Assembly: GCA_963838925.1 (NCBI GenBank)
Contig: CAWISW010000003.1
Span: 448,001-512,000 of the forward strand
Direction: 5' to 3'
Origin: an uncultured Nitrososphaerota archaeon
GTDB lineage: Archaea > Thermoproteota > Nitrososphaeria > Nitrososphaerales > Gagatemarchaeaceae
DNA length: 64,000 nt
Positions 9,752 to 19,575 of the stretch are shown in pieces. Each line of letters begins with the position of its first letter. Position 1 is the first letter of the stretch. The notes beneath the pieces were generated by a model. That model did no database searches. It was not told the DNA's origin and was given only the letters and a program-made list of their open reading frames with translations. The position numbers were made by a program, and so were the translations under genes.

Positions 9752-9860
9752 GGGCCAGTCGTCTAGCTCGGTTAGGACGTCAGAGAAATCCGTTAAGCCC
9801 TTACACGGCGAAAGAATATGGATTCCGCCACGGTCCCCAGTTCAAATCTGGGCTGGCCCA
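9752..9860 (+). tRNA. tRNA-Val(TAC) with two introns: 28/29 (9782-9796) and 44/45 (9813-9831)
   Basis: Acceptor GGGCCAG/CTGGCCC; T arm CCCAG-TTCAAAT-CTGGG. Removing both inserts gives TCGCC-CTTACAC-GGCGA-AGGTC. Each junction forms a BHB (GACG/CGTT and GGCG/CGCC helices). Confidence 0.9.
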
Positions 9861-9983
9861 TATCCGTCTCTCTAGATGGAATCTTGACGCACGACAGGAC
9901 GGGAGACGGTGTGCAAGTAAATTTCCGAGCCGGCGAATTGGTCCGACGAATCATTATTAGGGCAACCGTCTTTCACTTCAACA

Positions 9984-11258
9984 GTGACCAACTTCCTCTT
10001 CGTCTCGGACGAGGCGCTCTCGACCGACCTCGCTTGGCAGCTGACGAAGGCAGGGCACAAGGTGAAGCTGTTCACGAAGAGCCAGAGCGAGAAGGACGTC
10101 GGGGATGGCTTCGTCGAAAAGGTCGACGCCTGGGAGCCCCTAAAGGAGTGGGCAGATGTCATCGTCTTTGATGACATCGGCTTCGGCGAGCTTGCGGAGA
10201 AGCTAAGGATTGAGGGGAAGTTTGTCGTCGGAGGCTCCGTCTACACCGACAAGCTTGAGAACGACAGGGAGTTCGGACAGAAGGAGCTGACCGACGCGGG
10301 GGTCAACACACTCGACAGTTGGAACTTCACCTCGTTTGACGACGCTATAGATTTCGTGAAGAAGAACCCGGACCGGTACGTCATCAAGCCGAGCGGGAAC
10401 GCCCAGAACGAGAAGGAGCTCTTGTTCGTCGGGCAGGAGGCGGACGGTAGGGACGTCGAGCAGGTCCTCGTGCACTATAAGCTCAAGTGGTCCAACAAGA
10501 TCAAGTTCTTCCAAATCCAAAAGTACGAGACCGGGGTCGAAGTAGGGATTGGGGCGTTCTTCAACGGGAAGAACTTCGTGTACCCCATCAACATCAACTT
10601 CGAGCACAAGCGCCTCTTTCCAAAGAACATCGGACCATCAACAGGCGAGATGGGAAGCAGTATGTACTGGACCAAGGACAGCCCTCTCTTCGTGAGCACG
10701 CTCCTGAAGACGAAGGAGAGGCTCGCCGAGTCCAAGTATGTGGGATACATTGACCTGAACTGCATCGCCAACAGCAAGGGCATATTTCCGCTTGAGTGGA
10801 CGTCGCGCTTCGGATATCCGACAATCAGCATCCAGATGGAGGGGGTGACGAGCGAGTGGGGCGCGTTCCTCTCCGACATAGCCCAAGGGAAGGACGCCCA
10901 GCTCAAGACGAAGAAGGGCTACCAGGTCGGCGTCGTCGTCGCGATACCCCCCTTCCCCTTCGAGGACGACAAGGCGTTTAGAAAATACTCTGAAGACGCC
11001 ACGATTCTCTTCAAGAAGCCGCACCTGAGCGGCGTCCACATCGGCGAGGTGAAGCTCGTGGACGGAGACTGGCACGTGGCCGGGAAGTCTGGGTACTCGC
11101 TCGTGATCACCGGCTCCGGTCCTTCGATGCAGGACGCGATCAACGACGCATACCAGGCCGTGAGCAACGTCATGATCCCCAACATGTTCTACCGCGACGA
11201 CATCGGGCAGCGCTGGTTCAGGGACGTCGACATGCTGCTGAGCTGGGGCTACCTGTAA
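9984..11258 (+). CDS. purD: Phosphoribosylamine-glycine ligase-like ATP-grasp enzyme
   Basis: LENDREFG, YVIKP.G, EHKRLF..NIGPSTGEMG, LEWTSRFGYP, YRDDIG; divergent archaeal PurD type. Confidence 0.75.
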   Translation: MTNFLFVSDEALSTDLAWQLTKAGHKVKLFTKSQSEKDVGDGFVEKVDAWEPLKEWADVIVFDDIGFGELAEKLRIEGKFVVGGSVYTDKLENDREFGQKELTDAGVNTLDSWNFTSFDDAIDFVKKNPDRYVIKPSGNAQNEKELLFVGQEADGRDVEQVLVHYKLKWSNKIKFFQIQKYETGVEVGIGAFFNGKNFVYPININFEHKRLFPKNIGPSTGEMGSSMYWTKDSPLFVSTLLKTKERLAESKYVGYIDLNCIANSKGIFPLEWTSRFGYPTISIQMEGVTSEWGAFLSDIAQGKDAQLKTKKGYQVGVVVAIPPFPFEDDKAFRKYSEDATILFKKPHLSGVHIGEVKLVDGDWHVAGKSGYSLVITGSGPSMQDAINDAYQAVSNVMIPNMFYRDDIGQRWFRDVDMLLSWGYL

Positions 11259-11331
11259 CAGATTCGGCGTCTGAATCGGCTCTACCAAGGGTTAATAGGT
11301 CACGAACGCCCCTCAACCTCGAGAACCAGGC

Positions 11332-11541
11332 ATGGGAAGCAACTACCTTTGGAAGACGGACGACCAACTAAACCGCGTCGCGCAGGTGCGCTACGCGCAC
11401 GGCGCCGAGCTTACCGACTTGCCTGGGGTCACGGGGATCGGCATAGGGAAGGACCACATAATCGTCTATGTCTCGAGCGACACTGTCGAGGTGCCCGCCC
11501 AGATCGAGGAAGTCCCCATAATCAAGATACGTAGGATGTAG
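11332..11541 (+). CDS. Small hypothetical protein
   Basis: Host-like codon usage; GTTAATA box upstream; LPGVTGIGIG..IIVYV..VPAQIEEVP resembles small protease pro-domain-like folds. Confidence 0.5.
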   Translation: MGSNYLWKTDDQLNRVAQVRYAHGAELTDLPGVTGIGIGKDHIIVYVSSDTVEVPAQIEEVPIIKIRRM

Positions 11542-11635
11542 AAGCTGACTTCGGCTTCAATCACACATACGTTTAATTAGCTTGGGTGAGGCGGACCCCT
11601 CACTGAGGAACTTGCAGTAGGATGGGTGAAATGTA

Positions 11636-12016
11636 ATGAGTTATGGAAATCGTAGTGGAGGAAGGGGAGGCTACGGCAGTAGCAGAGGCGGTGGCTACGG
11701 CAGCGGCGGCGGAGGAGGTGGCGGAAGAAGCAGCAGCGGCGGCTTCGGCAGCTCTTTCAAACCAAAGCCAGTTGAGGTCGGTAAGGAGTACGACGTTACA
11801 ATCTCCGACACCAGCAGGCGAGGAGAGGGCATTGCCAAGATCGACGGCTTCGTCATCTTCGTCGCAGGCGCGAAGCAGGGCCAGAGCGCAAGGATCAAGG
11901 TCACCCGAGTCACTGACCGTTTCGCGACCGGTGAGGTCGTGTCCGGAGCAGGCGCGGGTGCAGCTGAGGCGACCTCCGAATCTGCAGACAGCGGCGACGA
12001 GCAGCCACAAGCGTAA
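11636..12016 (+). CDS. Single-TRAM domain RNA-binding protein with Gly/RGG-rich N-terminus
   Basis: PKPVEVGKEYDVTI...RRGEGIAKIDGFVIFV.GAK.G...IKVT.V..RFA. Confidence 0.9.
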   Translation: MSYGNRSGGRGGYGSSRGGGYGSGGGGGGGRSSSGGFGSSFKPKPVEVGKEYDVTISDTSRRGEGIAKIDGFVIFVAGAKQGQSARIKVTRVTDRFATGEVVSGAGAGAAEATSESADSGDEQPQA

Positions 12017-12290
12017 GAGCTAGGCTTCTCAAAACCCATCCTGGTTGCCCTTTGGGGCGCCAGGCACCTACTTTTTGTTAGACAGCCGACGGGAAGTGAT
12101 TTCAAATTTCCTGGGCTGGCTCCTTCTTTGCGAGCTATGGCTTGGAAGTCCTTAAGTGAGGGACATGGAGGGCGGACATTCATACCTCAACGTGAAGTGA
12201 CTCGTTTGTGCTGCACTCCCGCGTAAATCCCAGAAACCCCGACTCTCAGCCCGTTCTCCGAAGCACCATTCCCTCGGCAGGCTCCTTGCC

Positions 12291-13013
12291 ATGACCGCGA
12301 CTCCGGAGAGGGGAGCAATCGCCTTCGACTCCGTTACCAAAGCGTACTCCGCGAAAGACGAGACCGTGAAGGCCCTCGACTCCGTGTCTTTCAGTGTCGA
12401 GAAGGGAGGAATCGTGGCGGTCGTAGGACCATCTGGGAGCGGCAAGACGACCCTGCTCAACATGGCGGCAGCGCTTGACTTCCCGAGCCAGGGCACAGTG
12501 ATGGTGAACGGCGCCGTGACGTCGGCCCTCTCGAAGGACGACCTTCAGAAGTTCAGGAACGAGACCGTGGGCGTCGTCTTCCAGCAGTTCTTCCTGATAG
12601 GGCACCTGACCTTGTTCCAGAACGTCATGGTCCCGCTGATACCTCGGCACATCCCTTCTGCAGAGAAGGAGAAGAAGATCCTCGATGCGATAGCCAAGGT
12701 AGGCCTCGCGGGGAAGGCGGAGAGGCTCCCCTCGGAGCTCTCCGGCGGGGAGCTCCAGCGGGCGGCGATAGCACGAGGGCTGGTCGGGGACGCTCCGGTT
12801 ATCCTCGCCGACGAGCCCACGGGCAACCTGGACCACAAGAAGGGCGCCGAGATCATGGACATACTGGACGAAGAGAGCAGGGTCAGGGGCAAGACGATAC
12901 TGATAGCGACGCACGACCTCCGGATTGTGGACAGGGTGGACGGCATAGTCTATCTGGAGGACGGTGCGATTACAAAGATCGAGGGGAGGCGGGTCCAGAG
13001 GAATGGCGCGTAG
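12291..13013 (+). CDS. ABC transporter ATPase, LolD/FtsE-like
   Basis: GPSGSGKTT, LSGGELQR, ILADEPTGNLD, ATHD. Confidence 0.92.
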   Translation: MTATPERGAIAFDSVTKAYSAKDETVKALDSVSFSVEKGGIVAVVGPSGSGKTTLLNMAAALDFPSQGTVMVNGAVTSALSKDDLQKFRNETVGVVFQQFFLIGHLTLFQNVMVPLIPRHIPSAEKEKKILDAIAKVGLAGKAERLPSELSGGELQRAAIARGLVGDAPVILADEPTGNLDHKKGAEIMDILDEESRVRGKTILIATHDLRIVDRVDGIVYLEDGAITKIEGRRVQRNGA

Positions 13014-13518
13014 GCGCAGGCCGCTGCGCGCGGTCTCCCTGGTATTCGCCGGGTTCGTGACGCTGGTCCTGCTTTCTCAGCTCTCAGCATACTTCTTCGC
13101 CCAGGCCATCCCGAAGCACCTCCTCGCCAAGAACGCCGCAGAGCTCCTCCAGATTCAGAGGACCTCCACGGAGCTGGCCTTCGCGGCCGCCGCCATGGGG
13201 CTGATATTCAGCGGCGCGGTCCTCCTCATAACCAGGAGCAGGGTGGCGGCCGACGTTGACATCTACCGGGCCACAGGGCTCCCGCTCTCCTCGGCGTTCC
13301 TCCGCCTCCTCAGGTCTCACTCCGTCGTCCCCCTCGAGTGGGTGACGGGGGCAGCAGCGGTCACAGCCCTGATAGACCTCGACTACGGCCTCAACGCGCT
13401 CATCCCGATGGGGCTGGCCGTCGCCTTCGCGACCCTGCTGGTGGTCTGGCTGGCGTTCCTCACCTCGGTCTCCTTCTCCCAGAAGGGCGTCGAGGGAAGG
13501 TCAGCGAGGGCGGGGTGA
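13003..13518 (+). CDS. Four-TM membrane protein, probable FtsX-like permease
   Basis: Four hydrophobic segments; DVDIYRATG resembles the FtsX EIG..KA.G motif; overlaps the ATPase stop. Confidence 0.6.
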   Translation: MARRRRPLRAVSLVFAGFVTLVLLSQLSAYFFAQAIPKHLLAKNAAELLQIQRTSTELAFAAAAMGLIFSGAVLLITRSRVAADVDIYRATGLPLSSAFLRLLRSHSVVPLEWVTGAAAVTALIDLDYGLNALIPMGLAVAFATLLVVWLAFLTSVSFSQKGVEGRSARAG

Positions 13519-13524
13519 GCTCGA

Positions 13525-14064
13525 ATGGCATCGAAGGTCCAAGGCCTCCTGCGGATGGAGCTGGCGGCGCACGCTCCCACGATCATAGTGAGCTCCGTTG
13601 CGATGGCGTTCGCAGGATACCTGGCGACGTTCTTCGAGGACGCGTCTTGGATCGCCGCCGAGGCCTCCGGGACGACCTCCCCGACCTTCGCCCCGTCTGC
13701 GATCCTCGTCGGGATGGCGACGCTGCCTGCCATCTTCGTCGTCCTCGGGGTCTACGCCCTGATCGACGCGAACGAGGAGGCGCTGAGATACGAGGTCGGG
13801 GTCTACTGCAGCCAGGGGATGGACGGCGATTCCGTTGTCGACGTGTGGTCCGCTCTTTACGGCTGGATTCCGGTGGGCGCCTACCTGGTCGGCCTTATGT
13901 CCTATCTCGCCTTCACTCCGGGGGTAATCGGCAACCTCCAGAACGGCCTGCCCGACATCATCAGCGGTCTCTTCTTCATCACGGGCATGGCCACCCTCAT
14001 CCTGATACCCACCAAGCTGAACGGGGTCCTTGAGAGCTCTCCGTACGCGGTCGTGAAGTCGTAG
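13525..14064 (+). CDS. Four-TM membrane protein, probable FtsX-like permease
   Basis: Hydrophobic segments; RYEVGVYCSQG; C-terminal SPYAVVKS like the FtsX P..AL tail. Confidence 0.6.
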   Translation: MASKVQGLLRMELAAHAPTIIVSSVAMAFAGYLATFFEDASWIAAEASGTTSPTFAPSAILVGMATLPAIFVVLGVYALIDANEEALRYEVGVYCSQGMDGDSVVDVWSALYGWIPVGAYLVGLMSYLAFTPGVIGNLQNGLPDIISGLFFITGMATLILIPTKLNGVLESSPYAVVKS

Positions 14065-14176
14065 ACGCGGCCGTCCGACCTCCAACCCCCACGCTCGCGC
14101 ATCATCAATCCCTTAAATAGGACACGAAATCTCTTTATTTCTAGGACATAAGTAAATCCTAGATATGTGATTTGTT

Positions 14177-15121
14177 ATATCAAGTGCATATGCGAGAGAC
14201 CCTGGAAGACAGCGACGCTACGAGGGTGCAACCGACAAGTGCCCCCGATGCGGAAAGACTACGATGGTGACGGACAACCCCAGAGGGGAAGTGTATTGCA
14301 CCAGCTGCGGCTTTGTGATTAAGGAGAACGTGATAGAGACCGGGCCCGAATGGCGCTCGTTCTCTAACGAGGAGAAGGACGAGAGGAGCAGGACAGGCCT
14401 CCCAACCTCCGTTGCGATCCACGACATGGGGCTCGCGACGATAATCGGCGGGGAGAACAAGGACGCGGCCGGGCGGTCGCTCACCGGCGCGATGAAGTCG
14501 AGCGTCGAGCGCATGAGGACGTGGGACAGGAGGAGCCAGGTACACGAGTCCCAGGACAGGAACCTCAAGCAGGCCTTCAGCGAGCTAAGGAGGCTCTCCG
14601 AGAAGCTCTCCGTCTCCGAGGCCGTCACCGAGCGCGCCGCGTACATCTACAGGAAGGCCCTCGAGAGGAACCTCGTCAGAGGAAGGTCGATCACAGCGAT
14701 ATTAGCCGCATCCCTCTACGCCGCCTGCAGGGACAGGGAAGTCCCCAGGACGCTGAAGGACGTCGCGGCCGTCGGCTTCATCAAGAAGAAGGACCTCGCA
14801 AGGTCTTACCGGTTGCTGCTCAAGGAGATGGACATCCAGATGCCGGTCGTGGACCCGATGAAGTGCATGTCCAAGATCGCCTCTAGGGCGAACGTCAGCG
14901 GGAAGACCCAGAAGCGGGCTCGCGAGATACTACTCAGGGCTGAGCAGGCAAGGATTTCCGCGGGGAAGGACCCCATGGGCATCTCTGCCTCGGCGCTCTA
15001 CGTGGCGTGCATCCTGGAGGGTGAGAACATGACCCAGCGGGACATCGCCGACGCGGCGGGTGTCACCGAGGTCACCATCAGGAACCGGTACAAGGGCCTC
15101 AGGCTCGCTCTCGGAATCTAA
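14177..15121 (+). CDS. tfb: Transcription initiation factor IIB (start uncertain)
   Basis: Zn ribbon CPRC (14240)..CTSC, GPEWRSF, two cyclin repeats, AGVTEVTIRNRYK. The ORF-track ATG at 14264 lies inside the Zn ribbon. Confidence 0.93.
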   Translation: MSSAYARDPGRQRRYEGATDKCPRCGKTTMVTDNPRGEVYCTSCGFVIKENVIETGPEWRSFSNEEKDERSRTGLPTSVAIHDMGLATIIGGENKDAAGRSLTGAMKSSVERMRTWDRRSQVHESQDRNLKQAFSELRRLSEKLSVSEAVTERAAYIYRKALERNLVRGRSITAILAASLYAACRDREVPRTLKDVAAVGFIKKKDLARSYRLLLKEMDIQMPVVDPMKCMSKIASRANVSGKTQKRAREILLRAEQARISAGKDPMGISASALYVACILEGENMTQRDIADAAGVTEVTIRNRYKGLRLALGI

Positions 15122-15122
15122 A

Positions 15123-15731
15123 CTAGAACCGCTCGACCTGTCCGAGGACACCGTCATCCCCCGTCCGGCCTTCGATCACGACCGAGAGGATCCTCTCTGT
15201 CAGGCCCCAGATCACGAGGCCTCGGTGGACCAGCGAGGGGAATGCGACCTTCGCGCCGCCCTTGTCGTGAAGATACGTCGAGCGGGCCTCCTCCCGTACC
15301 AACTCCCTCAGGGATGCCCATTCGAACGAGGCCACCTCTCTGTTGGGTCTCACAAGGGAAGTCGCCGTGAGCTTGAAGACGGAGGGGACGACCGCGACCT
15401 CCCTTGTCCGGGCCTTGAACTCGCCCATGTATCCCATGAAGACCGCGGCTCCTTTCGAGAGGTCGACGCCGACCTCCTCAAGGGCCTCCCTCCTCGCGGT
15501 CTCCTCGAAGCTCCCGTCCTGGGAGCTCACCATCCCTCCGGGAAAGGCCACCTGGCCTGACCACGGGTCGCCCTCTCTCTCGGCCCTCCTGATGAGGAGG
15601 AGCTCCTCGTCGCCATCGGAGGAGACGCGGAGTATTACGGCGACTCCAGCGCTCCTTCCCGGGACGAGGCGGGCGGGGTGCTCTCGCATTAGGCTTGGAA
15701 GAAGTGAGTCGAGGAAGCTCCCTGTTGTCAA
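15123..15731 (-). CDS. Nudix hydrolase, CoA pyrophosphatase-like
   Basis: DPWSGQVAFPGG..ETARREALEEVG, IWGLT. Confidence 0.9.
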   Translation of the reverse strand: MTTGSFLDSLLPSLMREHPARLVPGRSAGVAVILRVSSDGDEELLLIRRAEREGDPWSGQVAFPGGMVSSQDGSFEETARREALEEVGVDLSKGAAVFMGYMGEFKARTREVAVVPSVFKLTATSLVRPNREVASFEWASLRELVREEARSTYLHDKGGAKVAFPSLVHRGLVIWGLTERILSVVIEGRTGDDGVLGQVERF

Positions 15732-15787
15732 GTCAGCAAAATCTCCAGAGAATCTTAAAATACGCTTTTCGCTTCAACGCAAGAGCA

Positions 15788-16192
15788 TTGTCCGATTCTG
15801 AACTTGATAAGATTCTTGCAGACAAAGCGAAGAGACTGGTTACCGAGACCTCTCAGCACGCCGCGCACGGCCACGTAGTCGAGCTGACCGAGGCGAACTT
15901 CGACAAGATCGTGAACGGCCCGAAAGTCACCCTCGTCGACTTCTGGGCGGTGTGGTGCGGCCCGTGCAGGACGATGGAGCCGGTGGTGCAGCGCCTCGCC
16001 GCCAAGCTGGGCGGGCACGTGAACTTCGGGAAGCTCAACGTCGACGCGCACCCATCGATTGCCACAAAGTTCGAGGTCCAGTCAATCCCGACGTTCATGA
16101 TCTTCAGGAACGGGAGGCCGGTCGACGCGGTCATCGGGACCATGCAGGAGGCACCTCTAGAGCAGCGCATCAGAAAGGCCGCAGGCGGCTAG
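15788..16192 (+). CDS. trxA: Thioredoxin
   Basis: DFWAVWCGPC, SIPT; probable TTG start at 15788. Confidence 0.92.
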   Translation: MSDSELDKILADKAKRLVTETSQHAAHGHVVELTEANFDKIVNGPKVTLVDFWAVWCGPCRTMEPVVQRLAAKLGGHVNFGKLNVDAHPSIATKFEVQSIPTFMIFRNGRPVDAVIGTMQEAPLEQRIRKAAGG

Positions 16193-16201
16193 GCGCCCAG
16201 A

Positions 16202-16957
16202 CTAGCCTACGCGCGTCCCGTCCAGCAGGAAGATGTCGGCGTCGGTCAGCCTGAACGAGCGCGACGAGAGGATGGGCCCAAAGTCGAAGCCGCCCTTGGC
16301 GTTGATAGCCTGACCTCCGACTAGGTTGTTGAACGGGGGCATAACTATCAGCTTTCCTTCTCCCTTCTTCACCGGGGGGTACCCCGCTTTGACGAGCATG
16401 TCGGCCACGTCATAGGCGGCGAAGAGCCAGACCGCCTCCTTGCTCCTAACCCCGAACCTGTCCCTCATCTCGTACCGAAAGTGCGAGTGGCCCATGACGA
16501 TGTTCCGAGACGTTATGACTTCCTGCGAGGGCCAGGAGTGCCCGTGTGTGATGCCGACCCTCTGCCTGGTTCCTATGACCGTCCCCTCCGCGGGGTGGAG
16601 CTTGACCCTACTCGGCAAGAGGAACTTTATCCCGCCGTCATGGTTCCCCGGGACGATCTCGACAGCAGAAAAGATGTCGAGGAGGGTGTCGAAGAACCAA
16701 GGTATCACCCCCCAGTCGATGTCCTCCACCTTCCCAATCGAGTGCTTGACGTCCCCGACTACGATTATCCTGTTGAGCCTGTTCTTCTCCGCCATCGAGT
16801 TGATCCTGTCGAGCATCTTCTGCGAATAGGGCGGGATCCTGAACCCCTTGGACGCCATCTCCTTCTCGAGACCAAGGTGGAGGTCGGAGACCAGCAGCGT
16901 GGCCGTCTCGCCCTCCTTGTGAATCAGGGCCGACTCGCCGGGGACCACTTTGAGCAA
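16202..16957 (-). CDS. Calcineurin-like metallophosphoesterase
   Basis: SDLHLG, GDVKH, GNHD, THGH, MGHSH, MPPFN. Confidence 0.88.
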   Translation of the reverse strand: MLKVVPGESALIHKEGETATLLVSDLHLGLEKEMASKGFRIPPYSQKMLDRINSMAEKNRLNRIIVVGDVKHSIGKVEDIDWGVIPWFFDTLLDIFSAVEIVPGNHDGGIKFLLPSRVKLHPAEGTVIGTRQRVGITHGHSWPSQEVITSRNIVMGHSHFRYEMRDRFGVRSKEAVWLFAAYDVADMLVKAGYPPVKKGEGKLIVMPPFNNLVGGQAINAKGGFDFGPILSSRSFRLTDADIFLLDGTRVG

Positions 16958-17121
16958 GGCGACCAACGCGGCCCGCCCCGTTGACTTTAATCCTTGCCCG
17001 GCCACCGAGAGTATAGAGGCCACTTAGGCCGACGTTGGGGGCAGTTGCCGACGAGGGCCAACTGAGCGACCGTCTTGTACTTCGGTAGCCGAGAAATAGC
17101 CAGCCGGTAAGAACTGGGCCC

Positions 17122-19527
17122 ATGAAAACACGGACGAAACTCTCAATCCTAATTCCACTAGTAATGTTGGGTGTGCTGCTGACGGCGAACGTCACGGCAT
17201 ACTCCTCAGACAACCAACAGTCAGACACGGCTACGCCGATAAAACACGTAGTCGTGATCTTCCAAGAGAACGTCTCAACCGACCACTATTTCGGGACATA
17301 TCCAAACGCGGCTAACCTGCCTAACGAGCCGTCGTTCATCCCGGTTCCGGATACTCCCACCGTCGTCGGCCTGACGGGCAATCTTCTCACCAGCAATCCT
17401 AACGAGCTGGTGACCGGCAACCCTGGCGACAATCCTGCTAGGCTTGACCGCACTCAGCCAGTGACCTGTGACAACGACCACGACTACACAGCGGAACAGG
17501 CGGCGTTCAACGGCGGACTGATGAACATGTTCCCAGAGCAAACGGGCTGCACGGGCGGCCCCGTCACTGTCCCAGGCAACGGCCTTGTCATGGACTACTA
17601 CGACGGCAACACCGTGACGGCCCTCTGGAACTACGCCCAGAACTTCGCGCTCAATGACAACGCCTTCGGGACAACCTTTGGCCCATCTACCCCAGGCGCG
17701 CTTAACGCGGTCTCAGGCCTCGGCGGCCCGGCGGTCGCCTCGACCGTCCAAGACGTCGCTGGCACGACAACGAACGTGCCTGGTCTGCTCGTCAACGGCC
17801 AAATCATAGGGGACGCCGACCCAACATACGACGATTGTTCCAGCGTATCCTCAACGAGTCCGACCCTCGCCATGACACCCGCGAGCGGCGCGGGGGCGCC
17901 CCTGAACATCGGGAACCTCCTCAACACCGCAGGCGACACCTGGGGCTGGTTCCAGGGCGGATTCACCCCGACGGTCCCGTACAACCCGACGACAGGCTCG
18001 CTGGCAGTATGCGGCTCCTCGAACGCGAATGTAGGAGGGACCACAGAAACGGCGTACAGCCCTCACCACGAGCCCTTCCAGTACTTCGCTTCGACCGCAA
18101 ATCCACACCACCTACCTCCAACCTCTCCATCGATGATCGGTCAGACCGACCAGGCGAACCACCAGTACGACCTCTCTTCCTTCTGGATAGCAGCCGACTC
18201 GGGCAACCTGCCGGCGGTCAGCTACCTGAAGGCGCCGAGATACCAGGACGGCCACCCGTCAAACTCTGACCCGCTCGACGAACAAGCGTGGCTGGTCAAC
18301 ACAGTCAACCAGCTCATGAGCCTCCCCACATGGAGCAGCACCGCGGTAATCATCAACTGGGACGACTCGGACGGCTGGTACGACAGCGTGATGCCCCCAA
18401 TCGTCAACCCATCGAGCACGTCCAGCGACGTCTTGAACGGAGCTGGAAGCTGCGGGGCGGGAACTTCGCCCCTCGGTGTTGAGGCTAGATGCGGCTACGG
18501 CCCGCGCATCCCCATACTGGTGATCTCTCCGTACGCCAAGTCAAACTACGTCGACAACACACTCGTCGACCAGAGCTCGATAGTCAGCTTCATCCAGTAC
18601 AACTGGCACCTCGGAAGCCTCGGCTCCGCGTCGTTCACCAACCTGGCCGGCTCGCTCCTGAACATGTTCGACTTCACGCACCCCCAGCCTCACGAGGGTG
18701 TGGTTCTCATGAACCCATCGACTGGCGAAGTGGTCCAGAACAACAACTTCCAGGGCCAGTTCCAGGGGCAGAGCCTGGATCAAGGCCAAGGGCAGAAGTT
18801 GGCTCCTGGCACGCCTAACCTCGGCACAACCTCAACTTGCACCGACGTCGACACGAACCCCGACGTCTGCGCAACCGAGAACGACTTCAGCAACAACGCG
18901 ATCGCCAGTGCGAACGACGTCTGGTTCAGCGCGTCAGCGGACATCACCCCCAAGGAGTCCTCTTTGCCGCTCACTGTCCACTTCACGGGACAGTGGATCA
19001 ACCTGCAGCTGCAGGGCGGTAACGGCCTCCCACTCCAAATCCCGGCGCCCAACGCCGAAGTGGTCTTCAGCTCGAGCGCGACCTCCGCCACGACGACTTA
19101 CACGGGAGGACAGTGGGTGACCACCGTACCCGTGGGCTTCACAGGAAACGTCTTCATCGGCGGAGTGGCCTACCAGGCGCCGAACGGCGTCTCCCTCGCG
19201 GGAGCCAAGGTGGACTGGACGGGCGTGTTCAGCGGGACGACCAACTCATTCACACTCCAGTGGCAATGGGGCGCCGCAGTCTATTCTAGCCTAGGCAGCG
19301 GCCTCGGCACCACCGCCTTCTACAACGCCCTCGGAGTCAAGCCAATCGACGCCAACGCAGGCAGCGCATACCTCAACAACGACAACGCAGGCACCCCAGA
19401 GAACTTCAAGGCGAGCTTCGTATCGAGCGCAACCGGAGGGCACGGCCCGTTCGGTCCCAATCAGTACACAGGCGTGTACAACCAGCCCGGGAACGCATAC
19501 TACCAGGCATACCTTCTCAACCAGTAG
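17122..19527 (+). CDS. Secreted phospholipase C / acid phosphatase (phosphoesterase family) with extra C-terminal domain
   Basis: Signal peptide; IKHVVVIFQEN.S.DHYFGTYP, GPSTPG, LPAVSYL, DGHP, WDDSDGWYD, GPRIP..VISPYAK. Confidence 0.88.
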   Translation: MKTRTKLSILIPLVMLGVLLTANVTAYSSDNQQSDTATPIKHVVVIFQENVSTDHYFGTYPNAANLPNEPSFIPVPDTPTVVGLTGNLLTSNPNELVTGNPGDNPARLDRTQPVTCDNDHDYTAEQAAFNGGLMNMFPEQTGCTGGPVTVPGNGLVMDYYDGNTVTALWNYAQNFALNDNAFGTTFGPSTPGALNAVSGLGGPAVASTVQDVAGTTTNVPGLLVNGQIIGDADPTYDDCSSVSSTSPTLAMTPASGAGAPLNIGNLLNTAGDTWGWFQGGFTPTVPYNPTTGSLAVCGSSNANVGGTTETAYSPHHEPFQYFASTANPHHLPPTSPSMIGQTDQANHQYDLSSFWIAADSGNLPAVSYLKAPRYQDGHPSNSDPLDEQAWLVNTVNQLMSLPTWSSTAVIINWDDSDGWYDSVMPPIVNPSSTSSDVLNGAGSCGAGTSPLGVEARCGYGPRIPILVISPYAKSNYVDNTLVDQSSIVSFIQYNWHLGSLGSASFTNLAGSLLNMFDFTHPQPHEGVVLMNPSTGEVVQNNNFQGQFQGQSLDQGQGQKLAPGTPNLGTTSTCTDVDTNPDVCATENDFSNNAIASANDVWFSASADITPKESSLPLTVHFTGQWINLQLQGGNGLPLQIPAPNAEVVFSSSATSATTTYTGGQWVTTVPVGFTGNVFIGGVAYQAPNGVSLAGAKVDWTGVFSGTTNSFTLQWQWGAAVYSSLGSGLGTTAFYNALGVKPIDANAGSAYLNNDNAGTPENFKASFVSSATGGHGPFGPNQYTGVYNQPGNAYYQAYLLNQ

Positions 19528-19575
19528 GACAGGACAGGGGAGCGCGGCGAGAGCCGCACCCCTCCCAAGCTTTTC

